From: a virus
Taxonomy: Duplodnaviria; Caudoviricetes
Strand: one strand, 5' to 3'
IMG/VR virus record: IMGVR_UViG_3300032365_000024
Coordinates: 8,350 to 72,349 of that record
DNA: 64,000 nucleotides
Notes under the pieces: model-generated
Told to the model about the DNA's origin: nothing
Databases searched by the model: none
Seen by the model: the letters and a program-made list of their open reading frames with translations, nothing else
Program-made: the position numbers and the translations under genes
Shown here: one piece after another, positions 7,989 through 16,974 of the stretch
Layout of the letters: each line of letters opens with the position of its first letter
How positions within the stretch are numbered: position 1 is the first letter of the stretch

Positions 7989-10304
7989 CTAAAAACCAAA
8001 TATGTGAATATACTGAGAACGACGTAAATGTTTAACTATACCGAATTTATATTGCATTTTATGACTTAGTCCAGCTTTTTTAAGAGCAAACATGAATGGC
8101 TCTATAAACGAAAATTTATGTGTATCAAATATATGAAGAGCAAGTACACCACCATAATTCAATAATTTAGCGCAAAGCATAGAGAATGGTTGCACAAAAG
8201 TTTCTTGCCATTCAGCAAAAGAACAATTAGGAACTACTCCGTTATAGTTTTCTGTATTAAAATACGGAGGGCCTGCCAAAATCATATCAAATTTATCATT
8301 ACTATTTCTCATGTATTCAAGTGTATCACCATGAACTGCATTCATATGACACCCACCCATAAATTGACAATCTTCTAATATGCGACGAATAGCATTAACA
8401 CTAGGTTCCTGAAGATCTATTCCGACATACTTTTTTACATATTTATTTAATGCACAAGCCAAAGCTCTACTACACCAACCTGCAAATGGATCTATTACTA
8501 ATCTCGGTTTATACTTATTTAATAATGCCGCTGCACCTGACGGACGAAAATGACCTGGAGCTGATATCATTTCCATTACCCGCCTAAAAATAATATTACA
8601 TGAGATTGGTTGATCTCTTGAAAGAGTGCTCATAATCGCTTTCCGAACAATATCACTATTTTTCCATGCTTCAACACATGAAATCTGTCCATAATGATTA
8701 GAAGTAAATCTATGAGGGCAGATTTCATCTAAGTAAGTCAGCCCATTTTGTTTAAACGGAAGAGAACCATCATCTTTTGGAAAGCACCTGCATAATTCTT
8801 CTTGAAGATCATTTAGATATAAATTAACTGGTTGATCAAGTTTGCGAATCGGTATATCTGATCCAACAACAAAATCAACAACTTCATCGACAAATTTTAA
8901 TTTATCATCATCACTTAATAATTTATACTTTGAAGTTGGAAATCTATTAGACAGCAAATCTTCAGAATACGATAAATCATTTCGACAAGAAGGTGGTAGC
9001 TTTCGAGTCATTCGAGAGTGAATATATGGTTTTATTATTTCAAAAAATTTATCGCGAGATGAAGCTCCTCGAATTTTGAGAAGTTTAATATTTTTTCTAT
9101 TAACATGATAGAATAATATATTAAATCTAATAGTTAAAGCCTCGCAAATTTCATCATAATTTGCTGCCGGAAAATACATAGCGATAGCTGGGTATCCAGA
9201 ATCATATGTACCATCATCCATATACCAAACTGCCAAAGACAAATCACTTAAATTTTTAAAAATATCTATACTAGGATTTTTACAACCATCATAGCCAAAT
9301 TTTTCTCGTAAAGATGGATCATAAAACTTCCGATACCAATCAGAAAGAGTGGATGTCCTTATTGAGGTATAAGAAACAAAATCAAATAACCTACCATCAA
9401 CGTATTTACGAGTTTGACGAATAACTGGTTTCAAGCATATCAACTTCTCAGCACTCCATTTAGTATATTCACTGTCAGTAATTTTATGACCTACCTTAAA
9501 ATACGCAGCTTTGTTATCAACTACAGAAATTAAACTTCCATCTCCCAATATATGTCCTATCATTACATCAATAGCTTCTTGAGAAATATCAATTGGAAGA
9601 TAAATTAAAGAAGATCTATCTAAATTTAATTTACGAAATTTACTTTTAATAGTACCTATTCCTACACCATATTCTTCAGCAAGATCTCGATAAGAAACCC
9701 TATTCACAATAGCATGTTTGATTTTATCCTCATCAAGAGAATTTATACTCAATTTTCCATTGAGTATTCTTCTACTATCTTCCGACACCGTCGGTAGTCC
9801 AAGTTTAACTCTCAGATATCTTACGTAACTCGGTAAAAATCCAGTTAACTTAGATATCTGAACATCAGATTTAACTCCATCGTACAACTCTTTAATTCTG
9901 TTTAAATCATCAGAACCGGTATTCTTACTATTTTGATGCACTCCATTAATAGTAATAAATTTTTGTAAAACATCATATGAATATTTCGCACTACATTGTA
10001 TACAATATCTACGAGAACAAGCTAAAGATGTGTCAATAAATTCAAATCCACACAGGTTACAGTGTTTATTCCGTCGAGGATTTTTTATCGCTATACTAGG
10101 ATCAACATCATTTTTTGAAGATATCTTATTTATTCTACAAGAAATACATTCCTTAGAAGTTCTTCTAGGAGAATCATCATAATATTTATTTCCACAATTA
10201 CAAACTTTTATTCTTCCTTTATGCTTTCTCTTATCATAAAATCTACCTTTAAACTCATCTGGAATATCAACTCCGTCAATTTGATCAACATAAATTCGTT
10301 TCAT
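7989..10304 (-). CDS. Zn-finger/HTH-LAGLIDADG endonuclease fused to an amino-(N6A/N4C)-type DNA methyltransferase domain
   Basis: N-terminal CxC/CxxC motifs; HTH-like YRDLAEEYGVGIGTIKSKF; LAGLIDADG_2-type motifs VMIGHILGDG and LAVWYMDDG; SAM-binding IDPFAGW; motif IV-like GPPYF..ENY. Confidence 0.75.
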   Translation of the reverse strand: MKRIYVDQIDGVDIPDEFKGRFYDKRKHKGRIKVCNCGNKYYDDSPRRTSKECISCRINKISSKNDVDPSIAIKNPRRNKHCNLCGFEFIDTSLACSRRYCIQCSAKYSYDVLQKFITINGVHQNSKNTGSDDLNRIKELYDGVKSDVQISKLTGFLPSYVRYLRVKLGLPTVSEDSRRILNGKLSINSLDEDKIKHAIVNRVSYRDLAEEYGVGIGTIKSKFRKLNLDRSSLIYLPIDISQEAIDVMIGHILGDGSLISVVDNKAAYFKVGHKITDSEYTKWSAEKLICLKPVIRQTRKYVDGRLFDFVSYTSIRTSTLSDWYRKFYDPSLREKFGYDGCKNPSIDIFKNLSDLSLAVWYMDDGTYDSGYPAIAMYFPAANYDEICEALTIRFNILFYHVNRKNIKLLKIRGASSRDKFFEIIKPYIHSRMTRKLPPSCRNDLSYSEDLLSNRFPTSKYKLLSDDDKLKFVDEVVDFVVGSDIPIRKLDQPVNLYLNDLQEELCRCFPKDDGSLPFKQNGLTYLDEICPHRFTSNHYGQISCVEAWKNSDIVRKAIMSTLSRDQPISCNIIFRRVMEMISAPGHFRPSGAAALLNKYKPRLVIDPFAGWCSRALACALNKYVKKYVGIDLQEPSVNAIRRILEDCQFMGGCHMNAVHGDTLEYMRNSNDKFDMILAGPPYFNTENYNGVVPNCSFAEWQETFVQPFSMLCAKLLNYGGVLALHIFDTHKFSFIEPFMFALKKAGLSHKMQYKFGIVKHLRRSQYIHIFGF

Positions 10305-10464
10305 GTCGTTTCATGTCGTGAAACTTTACATTTATGATATTAAATTATCATATACTGCATATTAACATATTTATTAAAATTATATAATAATAAAATATAT
10401 GATACAAATTATTAAGTTTTGCAACACAAAATATTAACTAAAAGAAGACCAAAGGAGAACCCAT

Positions 10465-10486
10465 TATAATAATAGCTATTATTATA
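10465..10486. repeat. Perfect 22-bp palindrome TATAATAATAGCTATTATTATA
   Basis: Base-by-base self-complementarity checked. Confidence 0.9.
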
Positions 10487-10528
10487 GCTCATGGTACAGA
10501 AAAAACAAAAGAAAAGTAAAGAAAATAC

Positions 10529-10573
10529 TTCAAAGCCCAGGTCGTTAGGTTTAGTAACAATCTGGGCTTTGAA
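10529..10573 (-). terminator. Intrinsic terminator after the major capsid gene
   Basis: 12-bp stem TTCAAAGCCCAG/CTGGGCTTTGAA, 10 nt past the MCP stop, followed on the minus strand by a long U-rich tract. Confidence 0.75.
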
Positions 10574-10583
10574 TTTAACTCAA

Positions 10584-11474
10584 TTAACGCTGAATAATAA
10601 GGCGAACTAACCCACGCGGGTTGTATGCGCCGATGCCGAGCTGTTCAAACATCGAAAAACCGATTGTGCGTTCCTCGCTGTTATCAGCCGAAAGAACGGT
10701 CAGCTCAGTTCTAACCGGAATCCGACCAAAGTGCTCAGGCTCGCAGCAAACGTAAACCACACCAGCTGGAACGAGACGGCTAACGATGAACTGGGCATTC
10801 CACCCAGTGGCCATCATGCCAGTCTTCCACAGAGTAGCCTGAGACTCGATATCAAGAACATCGCGTCCAAACTTCCTGATATCAGCGTAATCCCGTGCAT
10901 GCATGAATACACGAGCAACGCGAAGGTCATGACCTTCGATCTCAGCAAACGCATCAGCTAAGATAGCAGGAGAAATCGGAGCAACGACAGGAATGTCTGG
11001 ATTGGTGCCGCCGGGTAATGAATCGAACCCGTTGACAGCAATTGCATCCATAATGCTGAACACGCGGTCGTCTTCAGCAGCCTGAATTTGGGCCTTACCG
11101 AGGTCCTGCATACGCTTCAGGAGGTCATACCGACGCTCTTTGACTTGCGTAAGAGGAGCCTTTGGTAGAGCTGCAATCTCGAACAGTGGGAAGTGAACAC
11201 GTCGTGGCTTGGCAACGGCGGTGATGCTCTCACCTTCTTCACCAATGACATAAGCCACAACCTCGGGATCCTTGTCATAAAGAGCAAGGGCACCATCCGG
11301 AATTTGTTCGACAAGGAAGGTCTTGCGACCAACGCTTGAATAGTCTCTCCGCTCGCGAAGCGGTTGAATCATCGAAGCAGCCAGGCGCTTACGGCCACCT
11401 GAATTTCCGATGTATTGATCGACTAGCTTCTCGCGAAGTGTGTTATCAACAACTTGTACGCCGAAGGGGTTCAT
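10584..11474 (-). CDS. Major capsid protein (HK97-fold)
   Basis: Position after protease-scaffold-decoration; strong SD (GGAGG); highly biased codons; own terminator; size and pattern (FPLFEI.A.P, AAEDDRVF, LV.SRLVPAG.VY) typical of HK97-like MCPs. Confidence 0.8.
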   Translation of the reverse strand: MNPFGVQVVDNTLREKLVDQYIGNSGGRKRLAASMIQPLRERRDYSSVGRKTFLVEQIPDGALALYDKDPEVVAYVIGEEGESITAVAKPRRVHFPLFEIAALPKAPLTQVKERRYDLLKRMQDLGKAQIQAAEDDRVFSIMDAIAVNGFDSLPGGTNPDIPVVAPISPAILADAFAEIEGHDLRVARVFMHARDYADIRKFGRDVLDIESQATLWKTGMMATGWNAQFIVSRLVPAGVVYVCCEPEHFGRIPVRTELTVLSADNSEERTIGFSMFEQLGIGAYNPRGLVRLIIQR

Positions 11475-11491
11475 TTTCCTGCTTCCTCCGA

Positions 11492-12151
11492 TTAGAAGTA
11501 GAGCTCCACGAAAAGCTCTAGGTTAGTAGCGTCAGGGGGAGCGAGGAGGACACCCATTCGAGTGACATCCGGTTCAGCGGCAATATTACCAGCGCCAGAT
11601 CCAGAAGTCCCAGCGGTAATCCACTGCGCTTCAAGTGAATCTTGCCACCTGTTGGTGAGATAACCATTGACTGATGCATAGAGGAAATCACCAATGGCAT
11701 AATGCAAATCAGTGTCAGCACCGATCTGAATCTGTGTCTCGTAAAGCTTCACACCAACAGCGCCACCGCGAAGGAATGGCCCCTTGCCTGATGCCGGACC
11801 TGGAGTATTTTCAAACGAATTTCCTACGGCGTCGTTAATGAAAAGTCCTAGCGGACGAGTACCGGGAACGTATGCAGCAGGACTCCCTGGTTTAATCGCG
11901 CCACCAACCGTATTCGCCCCAATGTCAGGACGGGTAAAGGCCACTGATCCACTAAGAACGCCCTTCTTGACGTTCGGAGGAAGAGTAGTCGATGTATGCG
12001 TCGATGCGACGACATTTGGATTGCTCTGCGTAAAACTATCCGCTGATAGAACTGGGATACTATCCTTAACGAGCGAATAAAGAATACGCAGGGCGCTTGA
12101 GCTAAGGCGAAAATCGCCTGATGCTTGACCGCCGATGCCTGGTGTTATCAT
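11492..12151 (-). CDS. Head decoration/cement protein
   Basis: Immediately upstream of MCP; Gly/Pro-rich with PLGLF, YAIGDFLYAS..GYLT and MGVLL patterns like beta-tulip decoration proteins; same codon bias as MCP. Confidence 0.6.
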   Translation of the reverse strand: MITPGIGGQASGDFRLSSSALRILYSLVKDSIPVLSADSFTQSNPNVVASTHTSTTLPPNVKKGVLSGSVAFTRPDIGANTVGGAIKPGSPAAYVPGTRPLGLFINDAVGNSFENTPGPASGKGPFLRGGAVGVKLYETQIQIGADTDLHYAIGDFLYASVNGYLTNRWQDSLEAQWITAGTSGSGAGNIAAEPDVTRMGVLLAPPDATNLELFVELYF

Positions 12152-12370
12152 TTCCTTCTCCAGTCTCCGTTAGCCTTAGCTTCACTACGTACTAATGTCA
12201 TTTCAGAAAGTGGATTCAGTCCAATTTCAATTGCGAATCCGTCCATCCCTAATTTCATCAGGACGTGTTTAGCCTCGAACTTCCGATTACTAGTTCCTAG
12301 TCTGCGTATCTTCTATTCATATCTCCCGAAATCTATATCCCTATTAGGTGAGTATAGATTACTGATTCAG
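12152..12370 (-). promoter_or_regulatory. Candidate structured 5' leader RNA of the decoration-MCP cistrons
   Basis: 219-nt gap with at least four stem-loops (12212-12240, 12240-12265, 12289-12301, 12330-12360), ending in SD GGAGAAGGA. Confidence 0.4.
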
Positions 12371-13684
12371 TTAAGGACGATCCCAAAGTGCTGAGAGTGC
12401 ATCCTCTGATTGTGAAGCTGGTCTGATTACCTGACCAATTTTCTTCACACCTTTTGCAGAAGCTGTGCGTCCTACAGTTTGATATCCGAGTTCACGCCTC
12501 TGTTGTTCCTGTTGTGCAGCCTGAATTTGACGCTGTGCTCTCACATCATCATCAACGAATAAATCATCAAGCGAGCTAACAGTTGCTGCTGTAACTGGAG
12601 CAGGTTCTTCATCATCATCGAATACGATATCTGAAGCAACTGCTGGAGCTTGTACAGGAACTTGTACAGGAGCTTGTACAGGAGCGGGAATACCTTGAGG
12701 ATTGAATAGTGCAGCGAGATCATCTGGACAAGCTTCAGTCTGAAGAGCACCGTCCAACATAGCCATCTCAGCTGGACTTAAACCACAGGCATCTTGTTCC
12801 TGCTGGCCTTGCTGCTGCTGACCTTCCTGACCCTGCTGACCTTCCTGACCCTGCTGACCTTGTTGCTGCTGACCCTGTTGACCTTCCTGCTGGCCTTGTT
12901 GCTGTTGACCCTGTTGACCCTGTTGACCTTCCTGCTGGCCTTGTTGCTGCTGACCCTGTTGACCTTCCTGCTGACCAACAACAGAAGGAACAGCTTTTCC
13001 TTCTTCCTCGGCAGCTTCGCCTTTTTCCTGCTCTGCTACATGAATAGCAGTAGCAACATCATGAATGATAGATTTTAAAGTCAAATCATCAACCCGCATA
13101 AAATCTCGGGCAAGATTTTCAACTGTTTGCTCAGTTGCAACCATACCAAGAAGACGAACTGCTAATTTAGTACAAGCAAGTGCACGACGATGCTTTGCAT
13201 CAGCCGGAAGTGCATCAGGACTTACAGCATTCATGCGCTTCATTGTCGCAATCATAACATGATCTGGAAGTGTCATTAAATCGCAGGAGGTCTGTTCAAT
13301 AAGTTTTTCATCTGAGGTACGAAGAATAGCACGGGCAATTCGTTCAGCAGCTGAAGCTTTTCGTTCAGCAGCTAATTTGCCATTATCATATTTACCAGGT
13401 CCTCCCCAATGATCCGAATTCTTGTGCTTCCATGTATCATCACGAAATTCACCAAATCCGAGTTCATTTCGCTTAACATGGCCGCTTTCATATTCGGCAT
13501 TAACCGACATCTTATCGGCAGCAACTGGAGTCTCAGCCCATGTATCTGGATCTCCTGATTCATAATCGGTAACCCCCGGCTGCGGGTGCTCCTGATTCAT
13601 AGTATAAATGTCAGCTCGGCGCTGGGTTGCCGCCTGACGCATAGTCGAAGTACCTTTATCTAGCCAGGTGGTTCGCGTGCGCAT
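12371..13684 (-). CDS. Putative capsid scaffolding / inner-head protein with Gln-Gly-Glu repeats
   Basis: Between protease and decoration/MCP; helical middle, low-complexity QQGQQE tract, acidic C-terminal region; SD GGAGG. Confidence 0.55.
   Translation of the reverse strand: MRTRTTWLDKGTSTMRQAATQRRADIYTMNQEHPQPGVTDYESGDPDTWAETPVAADKMSVNAEYESGHVKRNELGFGEFRDDTWKHKNSDHWGGPGKYDNGKLAAERKASAAERIARAILRTSDEKLIEQTSCDLMTLPDHVMIATMKRMNAVSPDALPADAKHRRALACTKLAVRLLGMVATEQTVENLARDFMRVDDLTLKSIIHDVATAIHVAEQEKGEAAEEEGKAVPSVVGQQEGQQGQQQQGQQEGQQGQQGQQQQGQQEGQQGQQQQGQQGQEGQQGQEGQQQQGQQEQDACGLSPAEMAMLDGALQTEACPDDLAALFNPQGIPAPVQAPVQVPVQAPAVASDIVFDDDEEPAPVTAATVSSLDDLFVDDDVRAQRQIQAAQQEQQRRELGYQTVGRTASAKGVKKIGQVIRPASQSEDALSALWDRP
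12795..12975. repeat. Imperfect CTG/TTG/ACC-based tandem repeats encoding (Q)nGQQE
   Basis: Recurring CCTGCTGACCTT / CCTGTTGACCTT units; boundaries approximate. Confidence 0.85.
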
Positions 13685-13725
13685 GATGAATAAAGCCTCC
13701 TATGGGATTATTTTTTATCAACAGT

Positions 13726-16488
13726 TTAGTTATTAGCGATGGATGCAATTTGACCTTTATGAGCAAAGAACTTTTGTTCTGATGCAGTCAAATCACGACC
13801 CATACATACTTTGCAGGATGCAAAGTATGAAATTCTGGTTGGAAAATTATTAAGTGGTCCAACCTGCATGGCAACTTTATAGAGTTTAGATGAAAAACTA
13901 CGACCATGTATATGATCCTCAATCCATGAAAGAACTACCAAATCTTGCGGAGTTAGATGGGCACGTTTAATAGCAGAAATGCCACCAATGTGGACTATTG
14001 TCCAAGCACGCGTAGCCCAACGTTGCAGACGTATTTTTCCAGGGAATTTATTTATTAATGCTTGATTAAATTCAGAAGCCCGAACTAAATTATCGTTTGG
14101 AGAACTTATATCAGCTGGAGCAATAGCTGGCGCAACAACACCAACATCTTCAGGCTTCGGAGCGAGCTTCTTTTCAAGGTTTTTAATTATCGTTTCTAAT
14201 AGTTGCTCTTGCGCCTTTTCAATTAAATTATTTATTGAATTCTCTGTCCCTTCAGATGTCCCTTCAGATGTCCCTTCAGATAAATTATCTTGTACCTGTT
14301 CACCCTGACTATTCATATCAGTATCTTCCGAAGGATTAATAGGTATTTCAGAATCATCTTCTCCTTGTGCTTTTCGTATAGAAGCTGCCTTCTTAATACC
14401 ATCTATTTCAGGAGTATTCTTACGAATGTCATAAACAACCTTTGCCTCATTTAATTTAGTAGCAACTTGCTCTTGATTCGGATTCAAAATATTACGACGT
14501 ACTGCACCACGAAAAGCAGGACTACGTACCCAACTCGCTTCAATAAACTGATTTGAATTTGGTACTGAAACATGTCCTATCAATTCAGAAATTGGAGTTT
14601 CAATACCTTCTTCATCAGTAAATTTATTTCCTTTTCCGTCATATAAAATGCATGGACAAAGTTGAGCATCATCAGATGCAATGTTTCCACATTTTGTACA
14701 AATAGTAAAAAGTGATATACATCCCATCGACATTGACGCCATAGTACCTGATAAAATATCTGATACAAGTTGCTTATGCTTACGATCAGTAGCAACTAAG
14801 ATATCAATATAACATGTCTTTCCAAGATCTCGAGCTATAGCATCAACAATAAATCCCTTTGATAATTCAGGAAGTTGAATATGTTCGCAATTGAACACTT
14901 GTACAGTACCATTAACTATGTATGAATGATCATCCTCAACCTCTAAGTTATAAACTTTGCCATCATAATTATCAGATTCAATTTTATTAATAAATGTTAT
15001 TCTTTTACCATCTAAGAACTTTAAATCTCCAGCTGCAACACTTCTTTTTTGTTGCTTATGTAGCGTAGTATAATTACAAAGCTTTTTACTACTTTGAACA
15101 TCAAAATGCAACAAATAAGCTTGATGCTGACATGTAATTATATGTTCTGATCCATCAGCAAATAAAATAGTATTTTTATCACCAACTTTTGAATCATGTT
15201 TTACGATAAATCCCGATAATCCAACACTAGATCCAAGATACTGAATTTGCTGTAATAATGATAATGAAACCGAACAAGCACGAAATCGTTGCGTAATTTT
15301 ATGAATGTCAGCATCACCACTGACATATGCTCCGATCATATTTAATACATCGTCATGACTAGCAGAATTAATCCATTCAAGAGATAACTGTTTCTGATGA
15401 GCTAAAGCACCACATATATTATATAAAGCAAGCGCCATATCTGTATTGTGCACTTTAATATAAACACAATGATCAGAACACTTTGACATCTCTATTGACG
15501 GAACAGCTTTCGGATAACATGCGCGTACACAATCTAAAATTTGTTGTATTAAATCTTTCTCGTGAGCTCCAACTGTAAATATAGTTGTTCGTGGCTTATG
15601 ATTACCATAAGCAAAACATCCTTCTGATAAATAAAATCCGATTAATTTAGCAAACCGTACACTATCACGCTCTTTGGATGAACCATTTCCTAATTTAGGA
15701 ACAGGAGCAAATAGTATAGCTCGATGTTCAAGTTCAGAAGCCGAAACACGAGATATTTCTAATGACGAATCTTTGTTTCTGATTTTGCGACCACAGTCAA
15801 CACAATATTTTCTTTCAATCCTCTTCAAATAGCTAGAAGGTCTTTTTATTGAATCAAGTTTAATACCGCATGATATACATGTAGTTCTATCTAATCTTGC
15901 AAATGGATGATTTGGTGTACAAACAATTGGCTGTTTATGATGACCAGCATAAATAAGCTTAACTTCACCTTGATAGTCACGTACATGTTTATGAACAACT
16001 TTTTTAGGTAAACCAGATCCACCTATTACTTCATCACCAACATTAATATCACTAATTTTACGTAAAGTACCATCAGACATAAGTATGTTAGTATCAGGCG
16101 TAAAACAATAGTTGTGGGCCCCAATAAATGTACGATAAGTTGATAAAAGCTGAGAACGTTCCCATGAATCGTTGTTGTTATTAATAATATCAAAACACTC
16201 TGGCTTAATACGAAAATCGGGCCAACGTACATCAATTTGAACACCCCGATTCAATACACGTCCTGTTTTAACACCCTTAGGCGCATAACAATCAACAGAT
16301 GCAACTATTGTAGCATGCGACAATAAATATTGATTGGGATCACATTTTCTTAAAACTGTTTTTGCTATGCGGTGGATATGATCCTTCGGGACCGCACCTT
16401 CATGTTGATTACGTAATGAATCCATCCAGTATTCAAATTCAATACCAGGATTGGATACAATGGCACTTGCATAATGACGCCTAGACAT
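13726..16488 (-). CDS. Prohead (maturation) protease containing one intein
   Basis: After splicing reads FIGAHNY|CEHIQLPELSKGFIVDA...SMSMGC, matching the His and Ser segments of HK97/herpes-type prohead proteases; lies between portal and scaffold/MCP. Confidence 0.7.
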   Translation of the reverse strand: MSRRHYASAIVSNPGIEFEYWMDSLRNQHEGAVPKDHIHRIAKTVLRKCDPNQYLLSHATIVASVDCYAPKGVKTGRVLNRGVQIDVRWPDFRIKPECFDIINNNNDSWERSQLLSTYRTFIGAHNYCFTPDTNILMSDGTLRKISDINVGDEVIGGSGLPKKVVHKHVRDYQGEVKLIYAGHHKQPIVCTPNHPFARLDRTTCISCGIKLDSIKRPSSYLKRIERKYCVDCGRKIRNKDSSLEISRVSASELEHRAILFAPVPKLGNGSSKERDSVRFAKLIGFYLSEGCFAYGNHKPRTTIFTVGAHEKDLIQQILDCVRACYPKAVPSIEMSKCSDHCVYIKVHNTDMALALYNICGALAHQKQLSLEWINSASHDDVLNMIGAYVSGDADIHKITQRFRACSVSLSLLQQIQYLGSSVGLSGFIVKHDSKVGDKNTILFADGSEHIITCQHQAYLLHFDVQSSKKLCNYTTLHKQQKRSVAAGDLKFLDGKRITFINKIESDNYDGKVYNLEVEDDHSYIVNGTVQVFNCEHIQLPELSKGFIVDAIARDLGKTCYIDILVATDRKHKQLVSDILSGTMASMSMGCISLFTICTKCGNIASDDAQLCPCILYDGKGNKFTDEEGIETPISELIGHVSVPNSNQFIEASWVRSPAFRGAVRRNILNPNQEQVATKLNEAKVVYDIRKNTPEIDGIKKAASIRKAQGEDDSEIPINPSEDTDMNSQGEQVQDNLSEGTSEGTSEGTENSINNLIEKAQEQLLETIIKNLEKKLAPKPEDVGVVAPAIAPADISSPNDNLVRASEFNQALINKFPGKIRLQRWATRAWTIVHIGGISAIKRAHLTPQDLVVLSWIEDHIHGRSFSSKLYKVAMQVGPLNNFPTRISYFASCKVCMGRDLTASEQKFFAHKGQIASIANN
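14245..14280. repeat. Three perfect 12-bp repeats (TGTCCCTTCAGA; encodes SEGT)
   Basis: Read directly in the acidic linker of the protease C-extein. Confidence 0.9.
14890..16107 (-). mobile_element. Intein (406 aa) with LAGLIDADG endonuclease in the prohead protease
   Basis: Starts CFTPDTNILMSDG; block B CTPNHPF; LIGFYLSEG and MIGAYVSGDA; ends VYNLEVEDDHSYIVNGTVQVFN; +1 Cys. Confidence 0.92.
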
Positions 16489-16715
16489 TCTGTTAAGAAT
16501 GAAGTATAGAAAATCTGGCGTTCTATAAATTAATGTATGGATAAATTATCTGCAGCTTTTAAACGAATAAATATTATAAAATAGAAATTATATTTACTAA
16601 AAGATGGGTATTATTCGGTGATATCAATTCAGGATTATGGCCTCGTATTACACTAAAATTTAATAGAAAAAAAAGAAAACTTTCCCTCTTACATATTATA
16701 GTATACCCAAAAAAT

Positions 16716-16935
16716 TCAAATTAAAATATAGAAGCATAATTGAAGTTCATGGGAGAAAGCATCTTTTCCATACTTACGAATAGCATTTGAAAAATAGGTA
16801 TTACCGGTACGCATATTCATAGCATCATAAATATGCCTATTCCATCTAAACATCATGGATTTCTTAGTCAAACCCAATATAACGACGTCCTGAATCAATA
16901 TGTGTATGACAATAAATCGTCCATTTGGTAGCCAT
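16716..16935 (-). pseudogene. Frameshifted, truncated GIY-YIG homing endonuclease
   Basis: ATG at 16935 gives MATKWTIYCHTHIDSGRRYIG then FD*. Removing one G of GGG (16873-16875) continues in frame as LTKKSMMFRWNRH...FSNAIRKYGKDAF, a GIY-YIG signature. Confidence 0.8.
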
Positions 16936-16974
16936 GTTCATGAAAGAACTCTACCAATAAAATAGCATGAAAAT

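Noticed and set aside
12152-12370. tRNA or rRNA fragment in the structured gap
   Set aside because: No T-loop (GTTCRA), anticodon arm geometry or extended rRNA match; the short CTAGTAATCG similarity is coincidental.
12125-12394. 89-aa + strand ORF across the decoration leader
   Set aside because: Antisense to the operon, overlaps both flanking genes, no SD; a structured-leader explanation fits better.
12794-13078. Leu-rich + strand ORF that looks like a membrane protein or holin
   Set aside because: It is the antisense reading of the CAG/CAA Gln repeat in the scaffold gene.
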